Shown here in pieces: positions 62,960 through 64,000 of a DNA stretch of 64,000 bases (within the stretch, counting starts at the first letter, position 1; every line of letters begins with the position of its first letter). The position numbers and the translations under genes are program-made. The stretch lies in the NCBI GenBank assembly GCA_038087875.1, contig CM075989.1, forward strand, positions 15,252,001 through 15,316,000. Direction: 5' to 3'. Origin of the DNA: Malacoraja senta. Lineage: Eukaryota. A model generated the notes under the pieces. That model was not told where the DNA came from, searched no databases, and saw nothing but the letters and a program-made list of their open reading frames with translations.

Positions 62960-63560
62960 CTTTCCTTCTCTCAGTTCCTCCTTGCCCTCAGTACAAGGCT
63001 AGGCTATCCAACCTTCCTCACAAGGCAGGTACTAAACCTTACCTGAAATACTTCCAGTGCATTTCCACCTTTCCTTTAACAAAGAGATCAGTTATATGTA
63101 CAGTGCTCCAGACATGGTTTTACGAGTGCCTTGCAATACTAAAACATCCCGGCCCAAAATGTTGGATATCCATGTTCTCCAGAGATGCTGCCTGACTCGC
63201 TGAATTACTCCAGCATTTTGTGTCTTTTTAAAACAAAACCTACTTTTGCATTCATTCTCTCATAATAAATGGTAACATGATATACATTTCCTAATTGCTT
63301 GCTACAACTACATGCTAACCTTTTGTGAATCATGCACTGGGATACATAGATCTCACTTCAGAGCTTTGTAATCTTTCATCAATTGATCATGTTGCCACCT
63401 TATTTGCATTTCACTAGCTCTCTTTCTGTCATCAGCAAATGAAGCAACCACAGATTTAGTACTTTCATTCAAGTCATTTATATACTCAAAACAAAAAGTT
63501 TATGCCAATTCTATGTTCCCGTTACTCTCCTACGTCGTGAGATATTATTTTGTGCAATAA
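62960..63560 (-). mobile_element. Old CR1 remnant with an inserted Penelope repeat (about 63150-63230)
   Basis: gtacagtgctccagacatggt..gagtgccttgca and gtcatcagcaaat are reverse-strand CR1 ORF2 pieces. Confidence 0.5.
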
Positions 63561-64000
63561 CTTTTAATGCAGCACTTTGTCAAATGCCTTCAGGAATACC
63601 AAATAAGTATACCAAGTTGTTATTATTTATGAAGAATTGTAGTATGGACTTCCCACATACAACAACAATCTTGGGTACCGTCAGAAGTGGTTCACTGATG
63701 TTGCTGCTCACTACAGCCCAATTGACACAGGTGTACGTTTAGTTGTGAGGTTTTTCTTCAACCGAGGCCGCTATAAGTTTACTAAGCTTGCAAGTGGTCT
63801 GTGTTAGCAGAGAATGATCTTTGCTTGCACAGCTGCAGATTGTAAATTCAAAACTGATCACCGCTTGTATCATCTGCACATGTTCCTGTGTTCCTGTTCC
63901 TGTGTTTCTGTTTTGTATGGCTCAAACCTATGGAAAATATAGAGGAGGGGTCTATGATTTCAGGTGTCAAGAAGCTCTGGGCCACCTGCTGAGGAATAGG

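Overview
Eukaryotic, AT-rich vertebrate DNA. The repeat content (HE1-type V-SINEs, CR1/HER1-type LINEs, Penelope-derived repeats) points to a cartilaginous fish, probably a skate or ray (inference). Two spliced genes can be read by hand. The last four coding exons of TEX9 lie on + (1705-7770). A complete 10-exon MNS1 lies on - (ATG 31685, stop 10313; 1503-nt CDS, 500 aa), tail-to-tail with TEX9. MNS1 has an ATG-only first coding exon, a GC-AG intron 3 and a CpG-rich promoter with two RFX X-boxes; a strong + strand splice donor suggests the promoter is bidirectional. From about 32 kb to 64 kb there is no recognisable protein gene, only TE remnants, candidate CTCF sites and candidate enhancers. 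Most notable: a family of short Penelope-derived repeats carrying minimal hammerhead-ribozyme cores, found with a matching RT/GIY-YIG Penelope copy; a triple-nested CR1 stack in MNS1 intron 9; a 33-bp hAT-like micro-MITE; and a thrice-repeated E-box/T-box-like motif. Gene identities rest on recalled human protein sequences, not on database searches. Boundaries of old TE remnants are approximate.
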